Assembly: GCA_026134025.1 (NCBI GenBank)
Contig: JAOQII010000001.1
Span: 12,451 to 76,450 of the forward strand
Length of the DNA stretch: 64,000 nucleotides
Direction: 5' to 3'
Source: Candidatus Syntropharchaeum sp.
Lineage (GTDB): Archaea > Halobacteriota > Syntropharchaeia > Syntropharchaeales > Syntropharchaeaceae
Position numbers and translations under genes: made by a program. Shown piece after piece: positions 53,639 to 62,497 of the stretch. The stretch's first letter is position 1. Every line of letters starts with the position of its first letter. The notes below the pieces were generated by a model. The model was not told the origin of the DNA. It searched no databases and worked only from the letters and a program-made list of their open reading frames with translations.

Positions 53639-54554
53639 AAAGATCCTTTCTCCACCTGGTAACGCGTCGATATGTTATAAACGTCAGAACTGCAAGAAGA
53701 GCGAGGTATGCAAGAAGCACCTTCAGTATCGCGATAATCATCTCATTGTACGTCTCATTTATATCCGTCTCAAGCTCCTCTATCGTTTCGAGTTTTCTGT
53801 CTGAATGTAACTCATAGATCTTTTTTCCGCTGTAAAAATTATCTCTTGCTTTCAATACCTCCATGAATCCAGAAGTGAGACCAAAAAACCCTGGAGGATG
53901 ATGCTCTGCGTTATCAAGGTGTACGCCTGCGGCATCTATGAACGAAGCTGCATCCTCCATATCTTTCTCATAGATCCGTCTGGTTCTCGCTGATTCAAAC
54001 CTCATACGGCTTGAATCCGTGAGAAGATCGCCTTTTCTGTATGCATCAGAGCTTATGGACATATACTCGATCCTGACAGCCGTCTCCTTCTCGATCCTTG
54101 AGGCAGACTCGAAGAACTCACCTTCTTTTATGTAAAATCGCTCAAGTGCAAGTTCCAGAAGAAGCGGGATTCCATTTGAAGAAGCCTCATCATATCCTGC
54201 AAGAAGGCTTATCGAGCTGTTTACATCATCTGCCATCCTGAGAGCTTCTATGTGAGAAGCAGGGTCGTCGTCCACGTCCGTCATCGCTTCAAATTTATCG
54301 AGAATCTCAAGAAAGAGATCAACCCATTCTGATGTTACTAACGTAACCTCTGATCCATCCATTCCCTGTATAGTCGCCTGAACTCTGGTCTTTGCAAGGA
54401 ATAACTCACTGTAATCCTCAAAGAGTGATGGCTTATCAATCGCCAGCAGGTCTGTCAGGATCTCGCGTTTTGTTGCATCAGATCCATCAACAGGCGTGAT
54501 AGTGGAAAGAACGAGTATCAGGATGAGAAATACGGGAATCAGGTGATAACGCAT
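53604..54554 (-). CDS. Secreted helical protein with C-terminal TM anchor
   Basis: Signal MRYHLIPVFLILILVLSTITPVDG (start adjusted to 54554); acidic helical body; TM and short tail. Confidence 0.75.
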   Translation of the reverse strand: MRYHLIPVFLILILVLSTITPVDGSDATKREILTDLLAIDKPSLFEDYSELFLAKTRVQATIQGMDGSEVTLVTSEWVDLFLEILDKFEAMTDVDDDPASHIEALRMADDVNSSISLLAGYDEASSNGIPLLLELALERFYIKEGEFFESASRIEKETAVRIEYMSISSDAYRKGDLLTDSSRMRFESARTRRIYEKDMEDAASFIDAAGVHLDNAEHHPPGFFGLTSGFMEVLKARDNFYSGKKIYELHSDRKLETIEELETDINETYNEMIIAILKVLLAYLALLAVLTFITYRRVTRWRKDLYDTRLGEELIS

Positions 54555-54591
54555 CAAAAACTTTATGTCCCACATCTTTAAATGGATATGT
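54555..54591. promoter_or_regulatory. Overlapping divergent promoters (probably leaderless on both sides)
   Basis: CAAAAA-CTTTATGT about 24 nt before GTG 54592 (+); TTTAAA at 54577-54582 about 23 nt before ATG 54554 (-). Confidence 0.55.
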
Positions 54592-55467
54592 GTGGCAAGA
54601 CCCATTCTCATCGCTGGCATCGGGACTGCTGGAGGCCGCCTGCTTGATGCACTATGGCGTTACCATCCAGGGATGAAAAAAATCGCAGATAGCGTTACAA
54701 TCAGCCACAAATCGCCTGAAAGTGAAGAACTTTTCAAAAAACATCTCAAGAATGGCGTGAAAAACGTCTTCCTTCTTGCAGGACTTGGAGGGGAAATTGG
54801 AGGAACTGTGACACTGGATCTTGCGAAAATAGCGAAAGATGCAGGTTTTCATCGATATGTCGTTGGTATAATTCCAGCAACACGAAGAACAGATCGTGAT
54901 TCGATCAATCGGGCATTCAAAGCTCTCAATGAACTTAAAACGAGGGCAAATGGTGTGATAATCGTTGACAACGAGAAACTATCTCATCTCCCCTATTTTG
55001 AGAACTACTATGATCAGTATAACGAGTATGTGGCATCGATCCTGAAGGATATATTCGAGGCACAATCGATCGATGAGGTGCTCAAATGCCTTTCATTTGA
55101 GGGGGAAGCAGGCTATGCTGCGGTTGCGCGTTCATCAGAGCTTACAAAGGGGTTACTTGGTTATATTATCCCGATAATCCCACACCATGAGATCGACATA
55201 AGGACGATGCTCAGAGTTGCACTTGAGAAGTTAACCGTCTTTGATGACCCGATTGGATCGGTGAAGGGTGCTGCATTAATAAATGTCCCGGAAGAAAGGG
55301 TTGATACGATCGATCAGGCGCTGGTGGAGGATCTCATGCAGAGATATACCACGAGGTCAACGATCGATATCAGGAAGACGAGACGCAATATCGTATCGAT
55401 AACAGTGATCTTTACGTACCCATTTGAGGAATTCAAAGCACATAAGCAGATTGGTGGGCGAGTATGA
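54592..55467 (+). CDS. Degenerate tubulin/FtsZ-superfamily protein (CetZ-like)
   Basis: T1 AGIGTAGGRL, altered T4 AGLGGEIGG, VVGIIP, N...AL.EL, IIVDNE; start adjusted to GTG 54592. Confidence 0.75.
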   Translation: MARPILIAGIGTAGGRLLDALWRYHPGMKKIADSVTISHKSPESEELFKKHLKNGVKNVFLLAGLGGEIGGTVTLDLAKIAKDAGFHRYVVGIIPATRRTDRDSINRAFKALNELKTRANGVIIVDNEKLSHLPYFENYYDQYNEYVASILKDIFEAQSIDEVLKCLSFEGEAGYAAVARSSELTKGLLGYIIPIIPHHEIDIRTMLRVALEKLTVFDDPIGSVKGAALINVPEERVDTIDQALVEDLMQRYTTRSTIDIRKTRRNIVSITVIFTYPFEEFKAHKQIGGRV

Positions 55468-56693
55468 GGCGGTATGGGATAATCGGATCGATATTATTCG
55501 GTATTTTAATCCTCATTGGAATTCTCCTGCTATTTGGTACGGGATCGGATCTTGCGATAACGTTGATCCTGCTTCTAATCCCTGTGATGGTAATCGTATC
55601 GTTTTTCATAATCTACCTGACCGAAGTGCGCGGAAAAAGTATTAAAACCCGGGTGCTTGAGCGGGATCTTAAGCGCATCGCTCACAACCTGATCGAACTT
55701 TTGCGGGAGCTTTCCAACTTTGAAAACCAGTATCACATCGTCACAGGGGGATTCAGGGATGAACTTAGCGCCGTAAAGGCAGATCTATCCTCGATCGGGT
55801 GTCTTGTAAACGGTGAAGTCCATTTTGATAAAGCGAAGCTTAAAAAGGCGAGATCTTCTGATATCGAGGAGATCAAACTGAAGATTGAGAGTATCAAAGA
55901 TCGATACGAACCAACGATCTATGGAAAGGTCATTGAGCAGGGAGAAAGGTATCTCGATCGTTTGAGAGAGCTTGAAGCAGCGGGTTACAGAGGGATAGGC
56001 GATCAGATGAGGCGTATTGAAGCGATGATCCTGGAAGATATTGAGATCGATATCCTGAACCTCGCCCACTTTTTGGGTGATCTGACCTCGATCTTTGATG
56101 ACGCGATCGAATCTTCGCTTTGTGAGGTGAAAGCAGTGGAATCAGGCTCAAAGACGATAAGGGATCGTTCAAGGATCAGGACTGATATCAAGATTGCAGA
56201 GCAGAATATGGAGCGGGGAAACTATGATGCTGCCGCGGGCATCCTCAGGAATGTGATGGAACGCATCATCGATGAGACCGCTGATGGGTTCAATCAGTAC
56301 AAGGAGATGCTGCTGGAGATGGTCGGCGTCGTTAAAAAGGTCGCAGATGGTGAGAAAGTTCGTGCGATAGAGGCGAAGATCGAGCATACAGACTCCCCAT
56401 CACAGCAGAATATATTGAAAGAGTGCGAAGCAGAGTTGCGAGTTACAGCCATCGAGACCCTTGAAGCGATTTATGAGAATATATTCGATCTTGAAGCAAA
56501 GATAAGAGATAAGGAACCATCATCTGAAGAGTATCCTGTCGATTACTGGGGAGCCGATCGGATGCAGGATGTTCTTGATCTACAAACGATCGAGCAGCTC
56601 GGTGAGTTTATGCTGAGGTATGAAGCACTCATCGAAGATGCAAACTCCAGGTTGGAATATGACCGGGACAGGCTGGATGTTATCAGCAAATAA
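55464..56693 (+). CDS. Membrane-anchored (2 N-terminal TM) long helical/coiled-coil protein
   Basis: Two hydrophobic helices then ~350 aa charged helical sequence; ATGA overlap with previous gene. Confidence 0.75.
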   Translation: MRRYGIIGSILFGILILIGILLLFGTGSDLAITLILLLIPVMVIVSFFIIYLTEVRGKSIKTRVLERDLKRIAHNLIELLRELSNFENQYHIVTGGFRDELSAVKADLSSIGCLVNGEVHFDKAKLKKARSSDIEEIKLKIESIKDRYEPTIYGKVIEQGERYLDRLRELEAAGYRGIGDQMRRIEAMILEDIEIDILNLAHFLGDLTSIFDDAIESSLCEVKAVESGSKTIRDRSRIRTDIKIAEQNMERGNYDAAAGILRNVMERIIDETADGFNQYKEMLLEMVGVVKKVADGEKVRAIEAKIEHTDSPSQQNILKECEAELRVTAIETLEAIYENIFDLEAKIRDKEPSSEEYPVDYWGADRMQDVLDLQTIEQLGEFMLRYEALIEDANSRLEYDRDRLDVISK

Positions 56694-56733
56694 ATTTAAA
56701 CGATTAACGTGTATCTAACTTGAGGAGATATTC

Positions 56734-57171
56734 ATGGATGCACTCAGCATTATCACACTGATACTAATTGTTGTATTCGTTCTTGAGATTGTCATCATGC
56801 TTTTGAGACTGGAAGTTGAGAAGATGCTGCTTCTGTTTCCGATTATCGGGGTGATCTTTCTCTCGATTGCATTTGTATTGAATGAATACAGCGATCGCTA
56901 CTTCACATCTCTCTCTGAAGCTGCGATCTTTGCGCTTGTCTATGGCACGATCATAATCGGGGTTCTGCTTGGTTTAATCGGTATTCTGGTCTGGTTCAGG
57001 GGCGAGAAGAGTTCAAAAGGGGTTCTTGCCCAGGCACGAACGATGGATAGCGTTGTTGGCGGCGTCGAGAGTGAGATAAGAGAGGGTGAGCGAGAGCTTG
57101 CCTACTTTGCCGATGAACTGGAAGAGATGCGAGAGCGAACAAGATCCTATGAATTACGTGGGGGCAAGTGA
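56734..57171 (+). CDS. Small 3-TM protein with C-terminal coiled coil
   Basis: GAGGAG SD; three hydrophobic helices; VESEIREGERELAYFADELEEMRER. Confidence 0.75.
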   Translation: MDALSIITLILIVVFVLEIVIMLLRLEVEKMLLLFPIIGVIFLSIAFVLNEYSDRYFTSLSEAAIFALVYGTIIIGVLLGLIGILVWFRGEKSSKGVLAQARTMDSVVGGVESEIREGERELAYFADELEEMRERTRSYELRGGK

Positions 57172-59759
57172 GTATGGATGTGGCTGAGAAAGAAGACACG
57201 ACAAACAGACTCATCATCGGAATAGGGGGGCAGGGTAGTAAGATCGTAAATAACATACTGAGCATCCTGAAAAGTGATAGAATACCAAGAAATGAGGAGT
57301 TTCTGATCATTGATACAGATCAGGCATCTGCAAATGCATGCACAGAGATAGAGGAGCGTAGAAAGATCGTGCTCTCAAGGCCCGATACGGTCGTTATGAA
57401 GAACGTGAATCGATGGCTCCCAGATCCATACCTGATGGCAGCAGGGGCGGGATGTGGTCAGCACAGGATATACGGGAGAGCAATGTACAACGTCCACAGG
57501 GAGCGCATCATGAATGCGATAGGCTCTGCCACTTCAGACCTTCGTAACCGTACGGGTGGCAAGGACTTTCTGATCCTGATGGTATCTGCGCTCGGTGGTG
57601 GCACAGGTTCGAGCATGCTTCTTGACATCGCGATCGATATACGAGACTGGATAACAAAGCAGTTTGGATCCGGTCCTCTGATCTTCGGGATAACGATCCT
57701 GCCATCAAGCAACGAATCAGGTTTACCGATGGGAAATGGATATGCAACCTTAAAGGAGCTTCATTTTCTGATGTCACACCAGCAGGACATGATAATCGAG
57801 GATAAAAACTACTCAAACCCATTCAAGATCGTATTCCTGCTTGGGAGGGATCTACAGGGTCAGAATAGAGATGACGAGCTTGAGAGGGCGATTTCACGGT
57901 TTCTGCTCGATCTCGGATTTGTCCCAGGTGGTGGCATCGAGGCAAAGGGCAAATGGCTCGATCTAAACGATCTCCAGAACCGTGCAAGAGAGTATGAGAG
58001 CCGATTCTCAACGCTTGGATACTATGAGTGCGTCTTTCCGGCCGATAAACTCCAGCTTTACTATGAGATCGAGGATGAGATTCCAAGAATGCGTGAGAAG
58101 CTTGTCGAGATCGATGCGAGGCTCGGTGAGATCCGTGATAAGACCGAATCCAAGCGCATCGAACTCCAGGGACTTGAGGCGAAGATAAGTGAGATCCAGC
58201 GAGAGATGGACGCCTACGAATCAAAAAAGGGAATATTTTCATATATTAATCGAAAAGCACTATCAGATGCAAAGAGCAGGCTTGATCGTGCCAGGAGAAA
58301 GCTATCTGAGCTTAAGGAGGATGATTTCAACCTTGAGATCCGCACAAACGACCTCGAAGAGACTCGCAGAATGGTGGAGCAGGATATCGAGAAGTTGAAG
58401 GCGATCAAGAACAGGACGCTGAGGGAGATTACCTCGCCGTTCAACACAAGAAGTTATCACCAGATCGAGCTCACAGAGGATGAGGTGAAGCAGCTAAAGA
58501 AAGATCGTGAAGACCTGAAGAACCTCTCATTCCTGGAGATTATGCGAAAACTTGGGCGAGAGGAGGAATACTTCAGGTGGACACACGCACCGATCAACCA
58601 GGGTGATATCATTTTCAACCCGATGGTGAACTACCGTCCATCGGTCGAGAACGCATCAACTGCAAAGTACTTCGAGACGCTGAACAGGTACGGCTTCCTC
58701 GCACTGGATGCACAGGGCAATGTGATAAATGAGGAGGAGAAGTTCGGGCACTTTGTGGCGGTCCTGAGCAGCAGGATGGATAACTTCGATGATGCGAGGC
58801 TCGGTGACACTGCTTTCAGGAGTATGGTTACAGAACGCTTTGCAAAGGATGCCGACATCCTGAAGCTCAACACACCCGCACGCCTTCACAGTTTCGCGAT
58901 TTACACGCTCATGATCGGTCTTCAGCCATGGCAACCTGCCCCCGATCTTCCACCAAGACTAAGGGAGCTTGAGTGGCTTGGGAAGGCGTATGACACGAGC
59001 GATCTCTCCAAATTGCAGCGGCACCATTCGCTCTTCTATGGGACACCAAAGCCGTTCTCGGTGATCACAGGGATTGACTACAAACCAGGCGAAGACGACT
59101 TAAACCGCGAGAATGTGACAGCTTTCTGGAAAGATTACGAGATCATCGAAGAGAGAGCGATCTGGACAACGGTACCAATCCTGCTTGCATCAGCTTTAGA
59201 CTCCTTTGATCGCCTCATCTCAAGTATCGAGATGGCAGAAGCGATAAAAGATATGCGCATACCTGAAAGCTTCTCGATTGCAAATATAACGATGCTGGTA
59301 CAGGATCTTGAGAATGCCAGCCTTAAGATCGATAAACTTCAGGAGGGGCTCGAGGAAGGGTACAAAACCTACCTCTCAATCGATAAAAACTTTAAAGATA
59401 CGATAGAGAAGTTAAAAGGTGCAAAAGCCTTTGAAGATGGTGACAGATTACTCAGAATGCTGAATGAAACCTACAGAGACGTTGAGATCCTGATCGATGT
59501 CATCGATAACCTTTCCAAAAGCTTCAATGACGAAGTCCAGACTGCGATACACAACGTACAGGACTTTCTTGGAAGAATCCCCTCAGAAGAGACAACTTCA
59601 AGCGTGATACGCCACATTGCTCAGGCAAACAGTGAGATCGAGAAGATCAACATGGGCACAAAGGATGCGATAAGGCTCATGAAGGAGCTTGGATCACCTC
59701 TTGCAAAGATCCTGCTCCTGTTGAAGGATCTAAGAGATATAATGGAGCGTGCAGAATGA
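57168..59759 (+). CDS. Large tubulin-like GTPase (Tubulin_2/FtsZl-like) with long coiled coil and helical C-terminal bundle
   Basis: T1 IGIGGQGSKI, IIDTD, T3 GAGCGQHR..GR, T4 ALGGGTGSS, NGYATLKEL, T7-like LDLNDL; heptads at ~aa 295-420. Confidence 0.85.
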   Translation: MSMDVAEKEDTTNRLIIGIGGQGSKIVNNILSILKSDRIPRNEEFLIIDTDQASANACTEIEERRKIVLSRPDTVVMKNVNRWLPDPYLMAAGAGCGQHRIYGRAMYNVHRERIMNAIGSATSDLRNRTGGKDFLILMVSALGGGTGSSMLLDIAIDIRDWITKQFGSGPLIFGITILPSSNESGLPMGNGYATLKELHFLMSHQQDMIIEDKNYSNPFKIVFLLGRDLQGQNRDDELERAISRFLLDLGFVPGGGIEAKGKWLDLNDLQNRAREYESRFSTLGYYECVFPADKLQLYYEIEDEIPRMREKLVEIDARLGEIRDKTESKRIELQGLEAKISEIQREMDAYESKKGIFSYINRKALSDAKSRLDRARRKLSELKEDDFNLEIRTNDLEETRRMVEQDIEKLKAIKNRTLREITSPFNTRSYHQIELTEDEVKQLKKDREDLKNLSFLEIMRKLGREEEYFRWTHAPINQGDIIFNPMVNYRPSVENASTAKYFETLNRYGFLALDAQGNVINEEEKFGHFVAVLSSRMDNFDDARLGDTAFRSMVTERFAKDADILKLNTPARLHSFAIYTLMIGLQPWQPAPDLPPRLRELEWLGKAYDTSDLSKLQRHHSLFYGTPKPFSVITGIDYKPGEDDLNRENVTAFWKDYEIIEERAIWTTVPILLASALDSFDRLISSIEMAEAIKDMRIPESFSIANITMLVQDLENASLKIDKLQEGLEEGYKTYLSIDKNFKDTIEKLKGAKAFEDGDRLLRMLNETYRDVEILIDVIDNLSKSFNDEVQTAIHNVQDFLGRIPSEETTSSVIRHIAQANSEIEKINMGTKDAIRLMKELGSPLAKILLLLKDLRDIMERAE

Positions 59760-60784
59760 AGAAAAAAATGAAGAAGACGCTTCTGATAGCGTTTGTACTC
59801 TTTTACTTCCTGAGTGGTAGTGTTGCGGCCCAGGATATCCTGAGGATTGATGAGGCAAAGTCATACGTCATCGATATGCACACAGGTAGTAAGATTCCGT
59901 ACTCCGATTTCATAGATAGCGAACAGCTTGAAGGGCATGACCTTGAGTTTCACATCGCAATCGAGAAGACGGATAATCCGATATCTGATGAGTACGTCCT
60001 GGAGCTTCGGACGAACCTTGAAGATCCTGAATGGCAGTATGGCCAGGATATCTATACATCTGCCACAGTCATTACCTGGAAGGGAGAAGCGGAGCATGCA
60101 CTCACTCCCCCAACGATAATTCTCGCTGGAACTGTTCCCGAAGCCGTGATACAGGTCAGAGAGCCTAATTTTGAGTCCGTGGATCTCACAGGAATTGGGA
60201 AAAAGAGAGTGTATGTGACGTTGACGATCGGAACCACAACAGATGGCAGTACGCTAAAACGAGTCGTGCAGAAGCTTGTACCGTCCATGGAATTTTACGC
60301 AACAAGTGAGGCTCTAAATGATGCAGGAGAGGAGATGGAAGCAAATCTTGCAAGTGCGAGTGAAACAATCGGCGAGAGTGAGCTTGAATCGAACATAAGA
60401 CGTCTCTATGAAGAAGGGCATCCAGGATGGGCATTAATTCTCTCAGAGGATTACAAAGCACTATCTGAGGATATAGCTCCGCCCCCGGTCCTCCTTTATG
60501 TTATTCTCGCGATCGTACTTGGTATCATAGTCGGTGGTGGCTTTGTCTATGCATTGAAGGGTAAGGAAGGTGGAGTTGACATGGCGGCACTCGCTTCTGA
60601 GCTTAAAGAGGTCTCATCCACCATCGAAGATACTTCACGATCGATAAACAGTATTGCCACAAAACTTGCACGGATAGAGGGATCAGAGGAGAGGGATGCT
60701 GGTAGAGAACTGATGAAGATGCGCGGAAGACTGAATGAATCAGCGAATCAGATCCGATCTGTGGGGGACAGGTTGAGGGAATGA
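59756..60784 (+). CDS. Single-pass membrane protein: signal peptide, extracellular beta domain, TM, cytoplasmic coiled coil
   Basis: Signal ending SVAA; TM LLYVILAIVLGIIVGGGFVYAL; heptads LASELKEVSSTIEDTSRSINSI. Confidence 0.75.
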   Translation: MKKKMKKTLLIAFVLFYFLSGSVAAQDILRIDEAKSYVIDMHTGSKIPYSDFIDSEQLEGHDLEFHIAIEKTDNPISDEYVLELRTNLEDPEWQYGQDIYTSATVITWKGEAEHALTPPTIILAGTVPEAVIQVREPNFESVDLTGIGKKRVYVTLTIGTTTDGSTLKRVVQKLVPSMEFYATSEALNDAGEEMEANLASASETIGESELESNIRRLYEEGHPGWALILSEDYKALSEDIAPPPVLLYVILAIVLGIIVGGGFVYALKGKEGGVDMAALASELKEVSSTIEDTSRSINSIATKLARIEGSEERDAGRELMKMRGRLNESANQIRSVGDRLRE

Positions 60785-61671
60785 CCCAGTTGGAAGAGGC
60801 AAAAAGCTACTTTGATGAGGGGGTTCGTGCATACAGAAGTGGGGATCTGAATAAGGCAGAAGAAGCGTATAGAGAAGCGATACGTCTTGATGAAAGTTTT
60901 GCTGAGGCACACAACAATCTTGGGTTTCTATTATTTGAATTGGGCCGCTACAGAGAGGCTGAATATGAACTGCGAGAAGCTGTAAGGTTCGATGAAAGTT
61001 ACGCGGATGCACATAACAACCTTGGATTCTTTTTATACCAGCTTGGAAACTATGACGAAGCGGAAAAGGAGTGCAGAGAAGCTATAAGTCTCGATCCAGC
61101 CTATGCCGACGCGTATAACAATCTGGGAAACATTCTTTTTGAGAGCGGGAAATACAGCGAGGCAGAAGAAGCGTATAGAGAAGCGATACGTCTTGATAGT
61201 AACCTTGTAATCCCCCGAAACAACCTTGGATTTATGTTGTATCAGACCAGACGCTACAGGGAGGCGGAGGAGGAATACAGGGCGGCGATTGAGATTGATC
61301 CTGAATTTCTCGATCTCCATTACAACTACGGGCTTCTCCTGTTTGCGATGGGTAGATATAATGAGGCACTCTCCAGATACAAAGAGGTTGTGAAAATCGA
61401 TCAAAATAACGCGAAGGCTCACATCAACCTCGGACTTCTATCAAAGCGTCTGGAGATGTACAGAGAAGCCGAAGAGGCGTACAGGAGAGCCATTGAGATA
61501 GATTCCAACCTTGCAGAGGCGCATAACAACCTGGGAGTTCTGCTATACGAGCTTGGACGGTATGAAGAAGCTAAAAAAGAACTTAAAGAGGCGATAACGA
61601 TCGATCCTCATTACAGGGAGGCACAATACAATCTCATCAATCTCTTTGGAGATCTCGGTGATGAGCGATAA
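60781..61671 (+). CDS. Tetratricopeptide-repeat protein (~8 TPRs)
   Basis: 34-aa repeats AEAHNNLG..L..LGRY.EAE..YREAI.LDP; ATGA overlap with previous gene. Confidence 0.92.
   Translation: MTQLEEAKSYFDEGVRAYRSGDLNKAEEAYREAIRLDESFAEAHNNLGFLLFELGRYREAEYELREAVRFDESYADAHNNLGFFLYQLGNYDEAEKECREAISLDPAYADAYNNLGNILFESGKYSEAEEAYREAIRLDSNLVIPRNNLGFMLYQTRRYREAEEEYRAAIEIDPEFLDLHYNYGLLLFAMGRYNEALSRYKEVVKIDQNNAKAHINLGLLSKRLEMYREAEEAYRRAIEIDSNLAEAHNNLGVLLYELGRYEEAKKELKEAITIDPHYREAQYNLINLFGDLGDER
60854..61197 (+). repeat. Identical 38-bp direct repeat (60854-60891, 61160-61197) inside the TPR gene
   Basis: AGGCAGAAGAAGCGTATAGAGAAGCGATACGTCTTGAT twice, 306 bp apart (three 102-bp TPR units). Confidence 0.85.
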
Positions 61672-61673
61672 GA

Positions 61674-62423
61674 TCACCCAACGTTGCTCATATACGCCCT
61701 CACCAGTGGCTTTAAGATCCTGTTTGCCAAGATAAGATGCCTCTGTGCATTTCTGAAGTGGTTGTTGGCATCACGAAACTCATCCCTCTCATAGCGCCTT
61801 ACACCCTCGTTGTACTCATCACGTGCAGATTCGACGTGGTAGTTAAATCGAGAAAGACGCTCTCTAAGGTCAGAAACATCCTCGCCCCTCTCCTCAATTG
61901 CATTGATTCGCGCATCCATTGCAGTTGAGAACGTTTCCATCTGATCTATCCTGCTACCAAGCTGATGATGTGCGATAAATCCTATACTGTATCTTGTATC
62001 TCCCTTAATATCAATCCAGAGGGATCTCGCTCTCTTTGCAACCTCCAGAACCTCTTCTTTCGTCTCACAACCTTCAAGTTCTACTTTTAACGCCTCAAGT
62101 TCATTTATATCTTGCTGAAGATCTGAAGAACCGAGACGAGGATTTGCACCCTGCTCCTCAAGTACCTCGATCCTCGCCTTTACCGCTTCAAGGTATGCGA
62201 TCAGGTAATTTAAAGCCCTCTCGATATACGCCTTAGTCTCTTCTATCTGGCCATAATCTGGATCTGATCGCTCAAATTGCTGGTATTTACGCTTTGCGTC
62301 GAGATACTTGGCCCGATGATGGTTCTCAGATGCTGATGCGGTAAGTGGCGTAAGTGCTGTTAAGATGAGAATGGATGCGAGAAAGATAGATCCTACCTTT
62401 AAAATCCCTGATCCTGGTTTCAT
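61674..62423 (-). CDS. Secreted all-helical/coiled-coil hypothetical protein
   Basis: Signal ending LTASA; amphipathic helices throughout. Confidence 0.7.
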   Translation of the reverse strand: MKPGSGILKVGSIFLASILILTALTPLTASASENHHRAKYLDAKRKYQQFERSDPDYGQIEETKAYIERALNYLIAYLEAVKARIEVLEEQGANPRLGSSDLQQDINELEALKVELEGCETKEEVLEVAKRARSLWIDIKGDTRYSIGFIAHHQLGSRIDQMETFSTAMDARINAIEERGEDVSDLRERLSRFNYHVESARDEYNEGVRRYERDEFRDANNHFRNAQRHLILANRILKPLVRAYMSNVG

Positions 62424-62456
62424 CTTGCCAACCTGCCCTAACTTAAATAATATAAT

Positions 62457-62485
62457 GGGCGGGAGAAGATAAATACTTCCCGCCC
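62457..62485 (-). terminator. GC-rich hairpin between the two secreted-protein genes
   Basis: GGGCGGGA(GA)AG...CTTCCCGCCC inverted repeat 12 nt after the stop at 62498. Confidence 0.5.
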
Positions 62486-62497
62486 GCTTGCACTCGA

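Noticed and set aside
54592-59759. Calling either tubulin-like gene canonical ftsZ
   Set aside because: They lack FtsZ hallmarks (GAGANP-type T3, NLDFADV T7, C-terminal core peptide) and a division-gene context
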